In this document: one piece after another, positions 29,006 through 37,492 of the stretch
Layout: each line of letters starts with the position of its first letter
Numbering within the stretch: position 1 is the stretch's first letter
NCBI GenBank assembly: GCA_048882045.1
Contig: JBHLRZ010000008.1
Span: forward strand, 32,001-96,000
Length of the DNA: 64,000 nucleotides
Direction: 5' to 3'
Origin: Candidatus Thorarchaeota archaeon
GTDB lineage: Archaea; Asgardarchaeota; Thorarchaeia; Thorarchaeales; Thorarchaeaceae
Made by a program: the position numbers and the translations under genes
The notes under the pieces: model-generated
The model's database searches: none
Told to the model about the DNA's origin: nothing
What the model saw: the letters and a program-made list of their open reading frames with translations, nothing else

Positions 29006-30322
29006 ATGATGAATTCAGAGCAATCAGCTAGGTCAGAGGCTATTGATGCACTTGTCGAGTATGAGCATTCAAAGACATCAATGAGAACTCTTCTTCGGGA
29101 CATGCAGACGACTTCAGCTGACGCTCCTGATTTCTCACGTTTCACTCAGTCACTCGCTATCTCAGTGATACGCTTTCAGAACACAATCGACTTTCTTCTC
29201 ACCCGGTCTCTTGGAAAACAGAGACCTCGGGATCTTGATGATCGGACAAGGAACATTCTCCGACTTGCACTCTTTGAGTCCCGATGGCAAGGTGTTGAAT
29301 CAGAGCTTGTATTTTCGAACTATCCACAGGTCAAGGAATTGTTCTATGAGGAGTTTCTGAAAGCCATCTCGATTGACCTCGATTCTGCAACCCAAAATAT
29401 GCCCCTGCCAAACAGGCTGAGTTTGCGACTCTCTCATCCCTCGTTTCTTGTGGAAACACTTCTCGATAATCTCGGGGAGAAAGAATCTGTCGATTTGATG
29501 GTTGCTAACAACAAACATCGCTTCTACTATATTCGGCCCAACCGTCTTTTTGGCGAAACTGATTCCGTGATCGAGTCACTCAGTGGTGTCGAATTCACAA
29601 TAGACAATGATGTTCCAGAGGTCTACAGAATAGAGAAGGGTGTGGAAATCCTTGTGAGTTCGGATCTTTTCAGAGAGGGTCGTTTATTGATTCAAGATAA
29701 GGCCAGTGTTGCCACAGTCAATGTTCTTGATCCGCAGCCTGGTGAGAAGATATGGGATGCATGTGCAGCTCCAGGGATGAAGACCCAATTGATTGCTGAG
29801 CGACTCGAGGGTGAGGGGGAGATTATTGCAACAGATATCTATGAGGATCGATTGGAGATCGCCAAAAATCGTTCCAGACAACTAGAAGCTTATAACATTA
29901 CTTGGTTACATGCAGATGCTACAAAGACTCCAGTTCTTGATGCTGATAAGATTTTGATTGATGCTCCATGTACTTCAACAGGTGTTTTACAGACATATCC
30001 TTCCTTCAAGTGGAGACTCAACAAATACACGCTCGTTGCTTTGATGACAGTTCAAAACAAGATTCTGGATGCGGTTATCTCAGCATATAGTGATAGACCT
30101 GGAACTGAGATAGTGTTCTCGACTTGTTCCATTCTTCCTCATGAAGGAGAGTCACAGATTGACTCCGTTATGAAGCATCACAACATAGAGCTTCTTGAGA
30201 CCCCAATCTTTGGAGATACTGGGTATTCTGCCTTCGACTGCTCAGAAAGAGTGCAGAGACTATTTCCCCACCGACATCAATGCAGCGGATTCTTCATTTC
30301 GAGGTTCAAAATCAAGCACTGA
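29006..30322 (+). CDS. RsmB/NOP2-family RNA m5C methyltransferase with NusB-like N-terminus
   Basis: IQDKAS, DACAAPG.KT, DAPC, FSTCS, FPH motifs. Confidence 0.9.
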   Translation: MMNSEQSARSEAIDALVEYEHSKTSMRTLLRDMQTTSADAPDFSRFTQSLAISVIRFQNTIDFLLTRSLGKQRPRDLDDRTRNILRLALFESRWQGVESELVFSNYPQVKELFYEEFLKAISIDLDSATQNMPLPNRLSLRLSHPSFLVETLLDNLGEKESVDLMVANNKHRFYYIRPNRLFGETDSVIESLSGVEFTIDNDVPEVYRIEKGVEILVSSDLFREGRLLIQDKASVATVNVLDPQPGEKIWDACAAPGMKTQLIAERLEGEGEIIATDIYEDRLEIAKNRSRQLEAYNITWLHADATKTPVLDADKILIDAPCTSTGVLQTYPSFKWRLNKYTLVALMTVQNKILDAVISAYSDRPGTEIVFSTCSILPHEGESQIDSVMKHHNIELLETPIFGDTGYSAFDCSERVQRLFPHRHQCSGFFISRFKIKH

Positions 30323-31289
30323 TTCTTCTTTCTACTGACTCCATGACTCTACGAGCGAATTCCCTGTCATCCTTGAATGACCAAGGTATCTCCAAGAATG
30401 TCTTGTTCGCAGTAATCATTAGGTTTTCATCTCTATTGATTAGGACCTTGAAGATCAGTTTGGTCCACTCAAAACATGGGTGCTCGTTGAAAGCTTGGCT
30501 ATCTCCTGATTCAGCTGCGGCTTTTGTCAAGTATGCAATACCTTCCTTTGGTTTCCCAAGCATTAGATCTGCGAGAGCTCCCATGCATGCAAGAGTTACC
30601 GCATTCTTCACCATTCCTGATTTGATGTAGGATTTTGCTCCGTCCTTGTATTCTTCGCCTTTCTTCGTATAAAGTGACCTACCATGACTGAATATCAGAT
30701 CTCTTGTGTCACTCTTAGTTTCAGTTTCAGCTTTCTTTAAGGAAACTCCACCCAAGACCGCAGCCTTCAACTCTGCCTGCATCTCTGTGGTAGGTGCTCG
30801 TTCAGCAACGCTCCTTGCCTTCTCTATCATCTCTGTACCTGCTGCTAGAAGTTCCTCCTTGACAGAAGAGTTGTTCAGAGCAGGATCTCCCTCTGCAATC
30901 CCGTCTTCGAAAACAATTCTAGCTGCTATGAAGAAATCATATGCTTTACTGATGAGGTCATGCTTATTTGCAAACTCTATGGCTTTAACATACGCAAGTA
31001 TCGCATTGTCTGTTTCGCCCAAGTTCTCGAACTGAGTAGCAGACTCCAATAACCATGGAAATGCATCTGTACTGTTTGACTGTATGGCATCTTGTCCTCT
31101 TGCAAGTGAGCTATAAGCATCAATACAAATTGTGGCTAGATCAGGAATTGAGCACTTCGCATTGACCTCTGCATCTGTAAGTTTATTCCCCCTCAATCTA
31201 CAGTACGGTTCGCCTGTATCTTCAGTGGACCCCAACCATGTGCAGTTGTTTTCGTAAGCCACAAATCTCACTTCGCTTCTAATATCCAT
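30312..31289 (-). CDS. Hypothetical: Cys-rich N-terminus, TPR/SNAP-like helices, WH2-like motif
   Basis: 325-aa ORF; four N-terminal Cys; SA..F..LGE.D.A..AY.KA helical pattern; ELKAAVLGGVSLKKAET. Confidence 0.72.
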   Translation of the reverse strand: MDIRSEVRFVAYENNCTWLGSTEDTGEPYCRLRGNKLTDAEVNAKCSIPDLATICIDAYSSLARGQDAIQSNSTDAFPWLLESATQFENLGETDNAILAYVKAIEFANKHDLISKAYDFFIAARIVFEDGIAEGDPALNNSSVKEELLAAGTEMIEKARSVAERAPTTEMQAELKAAVLGGVSLKKAETETKSDTRDLIFSHGRSLYTKKGEEYKDGAKSYIKSGMVKNAVTLACMGALADLMLGKPKEGIAYLTKAAAESGDSQAFNEHPCFEWTKLIFKVLINRDENLMITANKTFLEIPWSFKDDREFARRVMESVERRISA

Positions 31290-31381
31290 CTCAATCTTTA
31301 ACTTGAATCTTAAAAAACCAACTCTCGCTGTATCGTTATCTTTAACTGAGGCTAGATAGGGGAATTTGTGAGGTATTCACA

Positions 31382-31786
31382 CTGAGTGACGATGACACTG
31401 AGCTAGCCATGATACGACGTAAGAAGATGGCTGAGTTAGTGGCAAGGGAAAAGCAGATGCAAGCTCAAAAAGAACAGAAGGAGAAGACTGAGGTTGAAAG
31501 AAACAAGCTTCTTCAGCGGTTCTTAGCACCAGACGGACGTAAGTACCTTGAGGCCCTAAAAACCAATGATCCTCCTGTGGGTAAGAGGGTCGAAGATGTT
31601 CTTCTGTATCTGATCGTCTATCGTGGTCTACGTCAGATAATCACACAATTGGATGTTCACTATGTCGAAAGACAAGTCAAAGGAGAACCCACAAAGATAC
31701 GTGTTCAACGAGATGGCGAAACCTCTGACTTCGGGACATATGTGAAAGAAGCTATCAAAGAGAGCAACAACAAGAAAGAAGACTAA
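31382..31786 (+). CDS. PDCD5/TFAR19-like DNA-binding protein
   Basis: (S)DDDTELAMIRRKKMAEL, LLQRFLAPDGRKYL, C-terminal TKIRVQR. Probable CTG start at 31382 behind GAGGT (track start is ATG 31409). Confidence 0.75.
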   Translation: MSDDDTELAMIRRKKMAELVAREKQMQAQKEQKEKTEVERNKLLQRFLAPDGRKYLEALKTNDPPVGKRVEDVLLYLIVYRGLRQIITQLDVHYVERQVKGEPTKIRVQRDGETSDFGTYVKEAIKESNNKKED

Positions 31787-31955
31787 CACAATGTCTGTGC
31801 TCTGCCTTTCCACTCTCTGATTGTATACTGAAGTTCTTGACGGTGACCAGCTTGTTTCCGCCTAGAGTCTGCTGATCAATTATTATGGTCTTATCTCTAA
31901 GACGTTCATTGACATCATCGGTAGTGGTGGTCCCGAATCTTAGGTCCATATCCAT
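31755..31955 (-). CDS. Possible small hypothetical protein
   Basis: 66-aa ATG ORF filling a gap; its 3' end overlaps the PDCD5 gene. Confidence 0.3.
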   Translation of the reverse strand: MDMDLRFGTTTTDDVNERLRDKTIIIDQQTLGGNKLVTVKNFSIQSESGKAEHRHCVSLLSCCCSL

Positions 31956-32005
31956 CGATAATTAAAGGCTGCTCGTTTGGATAGGAACAGAACGGAGTGT
32001 GCCAG

Positions 32006-32758
32006 ATGGAGCTTTTCGATGCTCACACGCATATTGACATGAAGCACTATCAACGAGATAGAGAGAGAGTCATTCAGAGGGCAAAAGAGGCTGGTCTTGT
32101 AGGCATGGTGACAAGCTCTATCGATCCTGCATCTTTCCGCAGAACCCTTGGAATCATAGACAAGCATCGTGAATACATCTATCATTCCGCTGGTTGTGGG
32201 GTTTCTAGATTAACGAGGGCGGACTCTGAAAAGATAATATCTCTAATTCGTAAATATGCACACAACATTGTGGCTATTGGTGAAGTCGGTCTTGACTACT
32301 ATTGGATTAAGGACCACAGAGGCCGAAAAGCCCAAGAACCACTCTTCCAGATGTTCATTGACCTTGCTTCGGAGCTAGAACTCCCTATAGTTATTCACTC
32401 AAGGAAGGCCGAAGCAGAGGCCACAGAGATTCTTGAGAAATCCTTCTCCGGAAACGTTCTCATGCATTGTTTTGACGGTTCTCCAGAGATTGCAGAACGC
32501 ATTGCTAAAAACGAGTGGTACATAACTCTACCAGCCAATTTTGGAAAGTACAGAAACAGGGTGTCTGCTGCAAAGATTTTGCCTCTTTCTCGGATTTTAC
32601 TAGAATCTGATGGTCCATATCTTTCACCTGACAATGAACGGAATGAACCCAGTAAGATCATCTATGGTGCTGAAACCCTCAGTAGTATACGAGGGCAACC
32701 ACTGGATGAGGTTGCGAATGCAATTACTCAGAATGCCATGCGTTTCTATAGACTCTAG
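32006..32758 (+). CDS. tatD: TatD-family metallo-nuclease
   Basis: DAHTH, GEVGLD, IHSR, MHCF, LESDGPYL motifs. Confidence 0.92.
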   Translation: MELFDAHTHIDMKHYQRDRERVIQRAKEAGLVGMVTSSIDPASFRRTLGIIDKHREYIYHSAGCGVSRLTRADSEKIISLIRKYAHNIVAIGEVGLDYYWIKDHRGRKAQEPLFQMFIDLASELELPIVIHSRKAEAEATEILEKSFSGNVLMHCFDGSPEIAERIAKNEWYITLPANFGKYRNRVSAAKILPLSRILLESDGPYLSPDNERNEPSKIIYGAETLSSIRGQPLDEVANAITQNAMRFYRL

Positions 32759-32823
32759 ACTCACGGACCCAAACTGCCAAATGGGTTTATAGTCAATTGA
32801 AATGCATGTATACTCGACGATAC

Positions 32824-33594
32824 ATGGATATAGAAGAGACCTCTCTGAAGTCCCCTATCGGTATTATCGGACTCCCTGGAATTGCCAACGTCGGTAAGGT
32901 CGCTATAGAAACTCTTACCTATGTTCTAGATGCTCAACATGTAGTAGACTTCTTCAGTGATGATTTGCCACCTCGGGTAATTGTACGAAAAGGGATATCC
33001 CACTGTCCGAAGTCCACAATTCATTTGTATAGAGCAGCTCCCGATGAGCCTCATGATCTCTTTCTCCTTACAGCTGATTTTCAACCAGCATCTGGAAAAG
33101 GAGTGTTCGAGTATGCTGATTATGTAGGTAGCGAGTTTGCCAAGTTTGGCGTCAAAGAACTCTACGCATTAGCTGCGTATGAACAAGGATATTCCGAGTA
33201 TTTCGAACAATTCCCATCACCTCCACGAATCTTTACGTCTGCTAGCTCTGAAGATCTATTGGAGAGAATAACCAACTCGGAAGGAATGGTCAAGATTGAA
33301 GAGGGGGCAATTGTAGGAGCAAATGGGATTATTCCCGCATGGGCTGCATCTGTCTACAGTATGGAAGGAGTTTGTCTTCTCGGAGAAACCATTGGAGTGA
33401 TTAAAGCAGACTACAGGGCTGCACGTATTGTACTTGAGAAGCTAGCAAATCTTGTTGGTATCAAGGCACATTTTGACATCATTGATACAGAAGTTGAGAA
33501 AGTCGTGGAGTTTGTAAAATGGGCTATGGATGAAATTGTACAGAAAGGCTCATCCAATGACACTGAGAATCCTGCCGACCGGTACATCGGCTAA
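32824..33594 (+). CDS. PAC2-family proteasome assembly chaperone
   Basis: GLPGIANVGK, ADFQP, I.GANG, CLLGET, C-terminal YIG (Hb-Y-X-like tail). Confidence 0.85.
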   Translation: MDIEETSLKSPIGIIGLPGIANVGKVAIETLTYVLDAQHVVDFFSDDLPPRVIVRKGISHCPKSTIHLYRAAPDEPHDLFLLTADFQPASGKGVFEYADYVGSEFAKFGVKELYALAAYEQGYSEYFEQFPSPPRIFTSASSEDLLERITNSEGMVKIEEGAIVGANGIIPAWAASVYSMEGVCLLGETIGVIKADYRAARIVLEKLANLVGIKAHFDIIDTEVEKVVEFVKWAMDEIVQKGSSNDTENPADRYIG

Positions 33595-33595
33595 T

Positions 33596-33787
33596 CTACT
33601 CAACGAGCTCTGGATGAAGAATATCAGTAATCCACGCCTGACTATCAAGGTTGATGTAAAAGTAGTGGTCCTCGTGTTTCACCTTTACTGTGAAAGGAAA
33701 TCGTTCTGCTTTCTTAATGACATTGGGAGGTACGCTGAGAACTGTTCGTTTAGAACAGATAGGACACTTTGCATATCTTTGTAGCAT
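33596..33787 (-). CDS. Small putative Zn-binding protein (CxxC...HxxH)
   Basis: CPIC...RFPF...HEDH.F..NLD. ATG 33787 behind GGGAG. Confidence 0.7.
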   Translation of the reverse strand: MLQRYAKCPICSKRTVLSVPPNVIKKAERFPFTVKVKHEDHYFYINLDSQAWITDILHPELVE

Positions 33788-33798
33788 TATCTTCTCCC

Positions 33799-34203
33799 TC
33801 ATCTAACCATCGAGTCATCACTAAGGACTAAAGTTGTGTCAAATGAATCAACATCTTCAAGGGCATCGGTGAATAGTTTAATGAGATCCTCAGATTCTCT
33901 ATCTGCAAGAGTACTCGAATCCACTCCAACAATTCTCAGATTTTCATACACTCCTGCCTCAGCTAGAAATCTTGCTGGACCTCCATCAACTGATAGACGT
34001 AAGATTAGGAACTTTGCAAAGTCCTTGAATTCGTTTTTTGGCCCCCTCAACTTGCCATTCATCCGTTCAATTTTATTGCTCTCTATGACTTGCTTCAATA
34101 GATATGCACGAATGACTTGATTCCCGACCTTTCGACGAATGTCAGTAAATTCGTCAACTGAGGAATTATCCCAATGCAATGTCCAGGTGGCTTTAGAACT
34201 CAT
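33799..34203 (-). CDS. Hypothetical protein
   Basis: 134-aa ORF, SD GGTG, co-oriented with 33596-33787. Confidence 0.7.
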   Translation of the reverse strand: MSSKATWTLHWDNSSVDEFTDIRRKVGNQVIRAYLLKQVIESNKIERMNGKLRGPKNEFKDFAKFLILRLSVDGGPARFLAEAGVYENLRIVGVDSSTLADRESEDLIKLFTDALEDVDSFDTTLVLSDDSMVR

Positions 34204-34338
34204 TTCACACCGTCAAAATACTCCAAATGTGCTCATATAGGGATTTTCTGGGCGTATGACACGATTTTATCAAGCTCGGAATATCTTTATTTGTCAGCAC
34301 GCAGCACAGGATTTCAGAAGGTTCAGGACGGAGTAAAA

Positions 34339-35052
34339 ATGCAAATCATGCCTGTTGACATCGCGATTAGAGAGGTACACGCAGGACTTTGGTTCCTTGT
34401 CGTCGGGTACTACTTCTTCCTCTTTCTCTCACTTGGGAGAAGATGGAGGGAATCAGGAAACCCCTTCCAATTTGCTATGTCATTGTTCTTCCTTTTGCTA
34501 GCTATAGGGCGATGTTTCTATTTCGTAGGCGATTTCTATGCTGATTCGCTTAGCCTCCCTGGAATTTTAACGGGATACGATCCATTATTGGGTGAGTCTC
34601 CGTTCTGGTTACAGGCGGGTGCGTTCTTCCAGTGGATGGCACTTGCACTACTGTCAGCAACAGCAGGGTTCATGATATTTGGGAAGAAATCAGCACAGAT
34701 TGCTTTTGCAGTTCCCGCTGTGGCAATTGGTGTTCTCCTAGGCTTTTTCACGCTAGACGTGACAGTGAGAGTTCTCTTATCTGGCTCAGCTGGTGCAATT
34801 TATGCATTGTTCATACCGCTGCTGTTCTGGTATCTTGCTTGGCAGTCTGGAGGAAACTTGAGGAAGTCTAACCTATTCCTTGGGTTAGGATTCTTTGTCC
34901 TCTTTGCAGGAAGAGTGATTCACGCTGGACGCTACCTTCTCAGCGATATGGCATTTGGATCAATTACTATCCCAGGAGTTCTAGCTCCTGGTCTGATTGT
35001 GATTGGTTTAATTTTGATTGCAGCTGGGAACGAATGGGGGCAGTCGTCCTAG
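34339..35052 (+). CDS. Integral membrane protein with ~7 transmembrane helices
   Basis: Seven hydrophobic segments by eye; GR motif in helices 2 and 6. ATG 34339 behind GGAG. Confidence 0.75.
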   Translation: MQIMPVDIAIREVHAGLWFLVVGYYFFLFLSLGRRWRESGNPFQFAMSLFFLLLAIGRCFYFVGDFYADSLSLPGILTGYDPLLGESPFWLQAGAFFQWMALALLSATAGFMIFGKKSAQIAFAVPAVAIGVLLGFFTLDVTVRVLLSGSAGAIYALFIPLLFWYLAWQSGGNLRKSNLFLGLGFFVLFAGRVIHAGRYLLSDMAFGSITIPGVLAPGLIVIGLILIAAGNEWGQSS

Positions 35053-35098
35053 TCAGCAACCAGCAGTGGAAGTAGTAAAGTAGTGAGGAGAATAGACT

Positions 35099-35710
35099 TT
35101 ATCCTATTTCTTTCCACTCTAGAATCTTCATGTCTTCAAGTTTATTGAGGGATTTTTGGACCTCTTTCAAATGCATACCAAGCTGATCTGCGATATCACG
35201 TGTTGTGAGTTTGCCATCGCATTTCTTAGCTACATCAAAGGTTTCTTGGCTCATTTGACCTAGTCTGACAAGCATTTGGTTGATCTTCCCCTTCAGCACT
35301 GGCACAACTATTTTGGTTTCTGAGGCACATCCTTCTTTGGTTATTTCATCCAGCTTAGAGTAGAATGATTCAAAGGGCTCAAGGTTGCCATCCCACTGTG
35401 CTAGCATGTTACCGAATTTCGCGAAAAAGGCATTGTTCACTTCTCCCAGAACTGCCATTGCAGCATTTCCATCATCGACCTTGTCGACAGTAGCTGCTAC
35501 TATTACATTGTTCTTTAATGAGAGACAAATGTCGAACGCTCCAAAATCAATCACATGTACCCGATTTCCATCACTCAATTCGCGTCCGAATTGGATTAGT
35601 GCAGTAAGGAATCCACTAATCAGGTTTGGATCCATATCCGCTTCTCCATACTTCCGATCGAGGACACAGAGTCCACTATCTGCAATCAGTATGTATACGG
35701 CTTGTATCAA
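35099..35710 (-). CDS. Longin-domain protein with C-terminal winged helix
   Basis: VYILIADSGLCV...DPNLISGFLTALIQFGREL (longin beta-beta-alpha start); C-terminal CDGKLTTRDIADQLG...LNKLEDMKILEW. Confidence 0.82.
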   Translation of the reverse strand: MIQAVYILIADSGLCVLDRKYGEADMDPNLISGFLTALIQFGRELSDGNRVHVIDFGAFDICLSLKNNVIVAATVDKVDDGNAAMAVLGEVNNAFFAKFGNMLAQWDGNLEPFESFYSKLDEITKEGCASETKIVVPVLKGKINQMLVRLGQMSQETFDVAKKCDGKLTTRDIADQLGMHLKEVQKSLNKLEDMKILEWKEIG

Positions 35711-35826
35711 GATACGTATCTCCCACTGCTGAAATCAAACTGGTTTATTGCGCGTGTCCTTAAATCAATTCGTGTGACCTCCTCCTCCATAAGAGAGGTT
35801 TATCTGGAGCCTCTGTCCCTCATATT

Positions 35827-36537
35827 TTGGTGACCAGTTTGGACACAGCAAAAGATGCTCGGGTAATCCTTCTTGAGGATGCAATCAGACGTTTGAGTGA
35901 GACAGTTGGTGGAAGAAGGTTGAAATTACATGTAGAATACTCGAAGTTGGTTGAATTACTCCAACAAGCTGGAAGTCTGATTTACGAAGTCAAATATGCA
36001 TACGTTCCTGCAGAGCAACTGGCTGAACTGGAGGCTACTCAGAATATTGTGAATGCGTTGATATCCTTCAAAGACATTCTAGAATCAGCAATCAAATCAT
36101 CAGGATACAAACCCTCTACTGTGAAAGAATCACTTACCCTCTCTGATGTCTTCTATTCATTCCGAATTGCAGAGAACTTTGTTAGGAAACTGACAGAGTT
36201 TGATGATGACCCAGGAAACGCTGTTGACATTCTTGCTGTTGAGATAAGTCAGACGCAACCAGTTCCTGATTCCAAGAAGCTCACCGAGTGTCGATGTACT
36301 GATGGTTCTAGAATATGGAGGATTGTGACAAACATTCAGGATGTCAAGCCAGGTATGAAACTAGCATGTGCAATATTGCCACCGGTCGAAATGATGAATA
36401 TCGTAAGTGAGGCGATGTTTCTCGGTGGTGAACCACTTCCGACTGACACGCAACTTGGTATCATGAATACTCCTCCTGCGTCAGCCTTGGACCAAGCGAG
36501 AGCACAGGTGTTACAAATAATGAAGAGGATGATGTAG
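35827..36537 (+). CDS. Archaeal tRNA-binding (EMAP/Trbp111-like OB domain) protein
   Basis: DTAKDARV N-terminus; IVTNI, LPP..MM.IVSEAMFLG. Confidence 0.8.
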   Translation: MVTSLDTAKDARVILLEDAIRRLSETVGGRRLKLHVEYSKLVELLQQAGSLIYEVKYAYVPAEQLAELEATQNIVNALISFKDILESAIKSSGYKPSTVKESLTLSDVFYSFRIAENFVRKLTEFDDDPGNAVDILAVEISQTQPVPDSKKLTECRCTDGSRIWRIVTNIQDVKPGMKLACAILPPVEMMNIVSEAMFLGGEPLPTDTQLGIMNTPPASALDQARAQVLQIMKRMM

Positions 36538-36876
36538 ATGCATCTAAAGCAAATTCAAACAAAGCTCGACAAGTTTGACAAGAACCGTGGATGGGACAAA
36601 TTTCCAGCCTCACTTGTCTTTGCACACTTGATTGAAGAACTTGGGGAGATCTCACGACACATTACCGTGAAAGAGGGCTACAAGGTGATCGGGTTGGGTC
36701 ACGCAGCTCCTAACAAAGAAGACCTGTCTCGGGAGTTTGCGCAATCTTTCAACCTATTCACTCAAATCGCAAACTCATTTGGTATTGATCTTGAATCTGC
36801 TGTACTTAAAGAACTGGAAATAATGGAGGACCGCTTCCCAGTTGAAGAATGGTCCAAACATATGGATAAAAGATAG
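36538..36876 (+). CDS. MazG-like nucleotide pyrophosphohydrolase
   Basis: HLIEELGEI, E.A, IANSFGIDLE motifs. Confidence 0.8.
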   Translation: MHLKQIQTKLDKFDKNRGWDKFPASLVFAHLIEELGEISRHITVKEGYKVIGLGHAAPNKEDLSREFAQSFNLFTQIANSFGIDLESAVLKELEIMEDRFPVEEWSKHMDKR

Positions 36877-36902
36877 ATTGTCTGGTCAGAGTGCTTCTAA
36901 AT

Positions 36903-37334
36903 CTAGGTCATTCTGCGACTTGCTTCGAGAGCCTTTTTAGCCATATCTTCAAGATCCTTGGTTGCAGCCAACAGTCCAAGTGCCTTGTTGTGTACAACCT
37001 TGATGTTCTTCTCCTTGGCCCATTGTGCAAGTCCAGTGACTAGAGGTCCTAGTGCGCTTCTTGCAGCCTCAACTGTGCCGACGGCTTTTCCTAGAAGTTC
37101 GAGGCTATGCTTCTTTTCCTTGCCAGCTTCAGCAACTCTGAGCCATACGAGTCCATGCACCATATAGAGTGCGTCAAGCATCAATGTTGGCGATTTTGGA
37201 TTGTCTTGAACTTTCTTCAGGAGTCTCTCCTGACGTTCTTCAAAGACTTCCTTGAAGAGACTGAATGCTTTCTTGTCGTTTCCCTTGTCGAGTTCAATGA
37301 TGCCTTTCTGTAATTTTTCGTCAACTTCTGACAC
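36903..37334 (-). CDS. Hypothetical helical (TPR-like) protein
   Basis: 143-aa ORF with L.KG..E.DKG..KKA..LF pattern; SD GGAGTG. Confidence 0.65.
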   Translation of the reverse strand: MSEVDEKLQKGIIELDKGNDKKAFSLFKEVFEERQERLLKKVQDNPKSPTLMLDALYMVHGLVWLRVAEAGKEKKHSLELLGKAVGTVEAARSALGPLVTGLAQWAKEKNIKVVHNKALGLLAATKDLEDMAKKALEASRRMT

Positions 37335-37492
37335 TGATGATTCACTCCTGACCAGAGAGTCTAAGATACTTGGTCACTGCTACATTTTCATTTTAGGGTT
37401 TCTACTTTAGACCCTTAAAGGCGTGTATCATAACTCACAACTTACTTATGTCGGCTTGACTCGCGCTTCTCTGTATAGTGGGTTGGATGCTA

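Noticed and set aside
34339-35052. Rhodopsin
   Set aside because: No Schiff-base lysine motif in the seventh helix.
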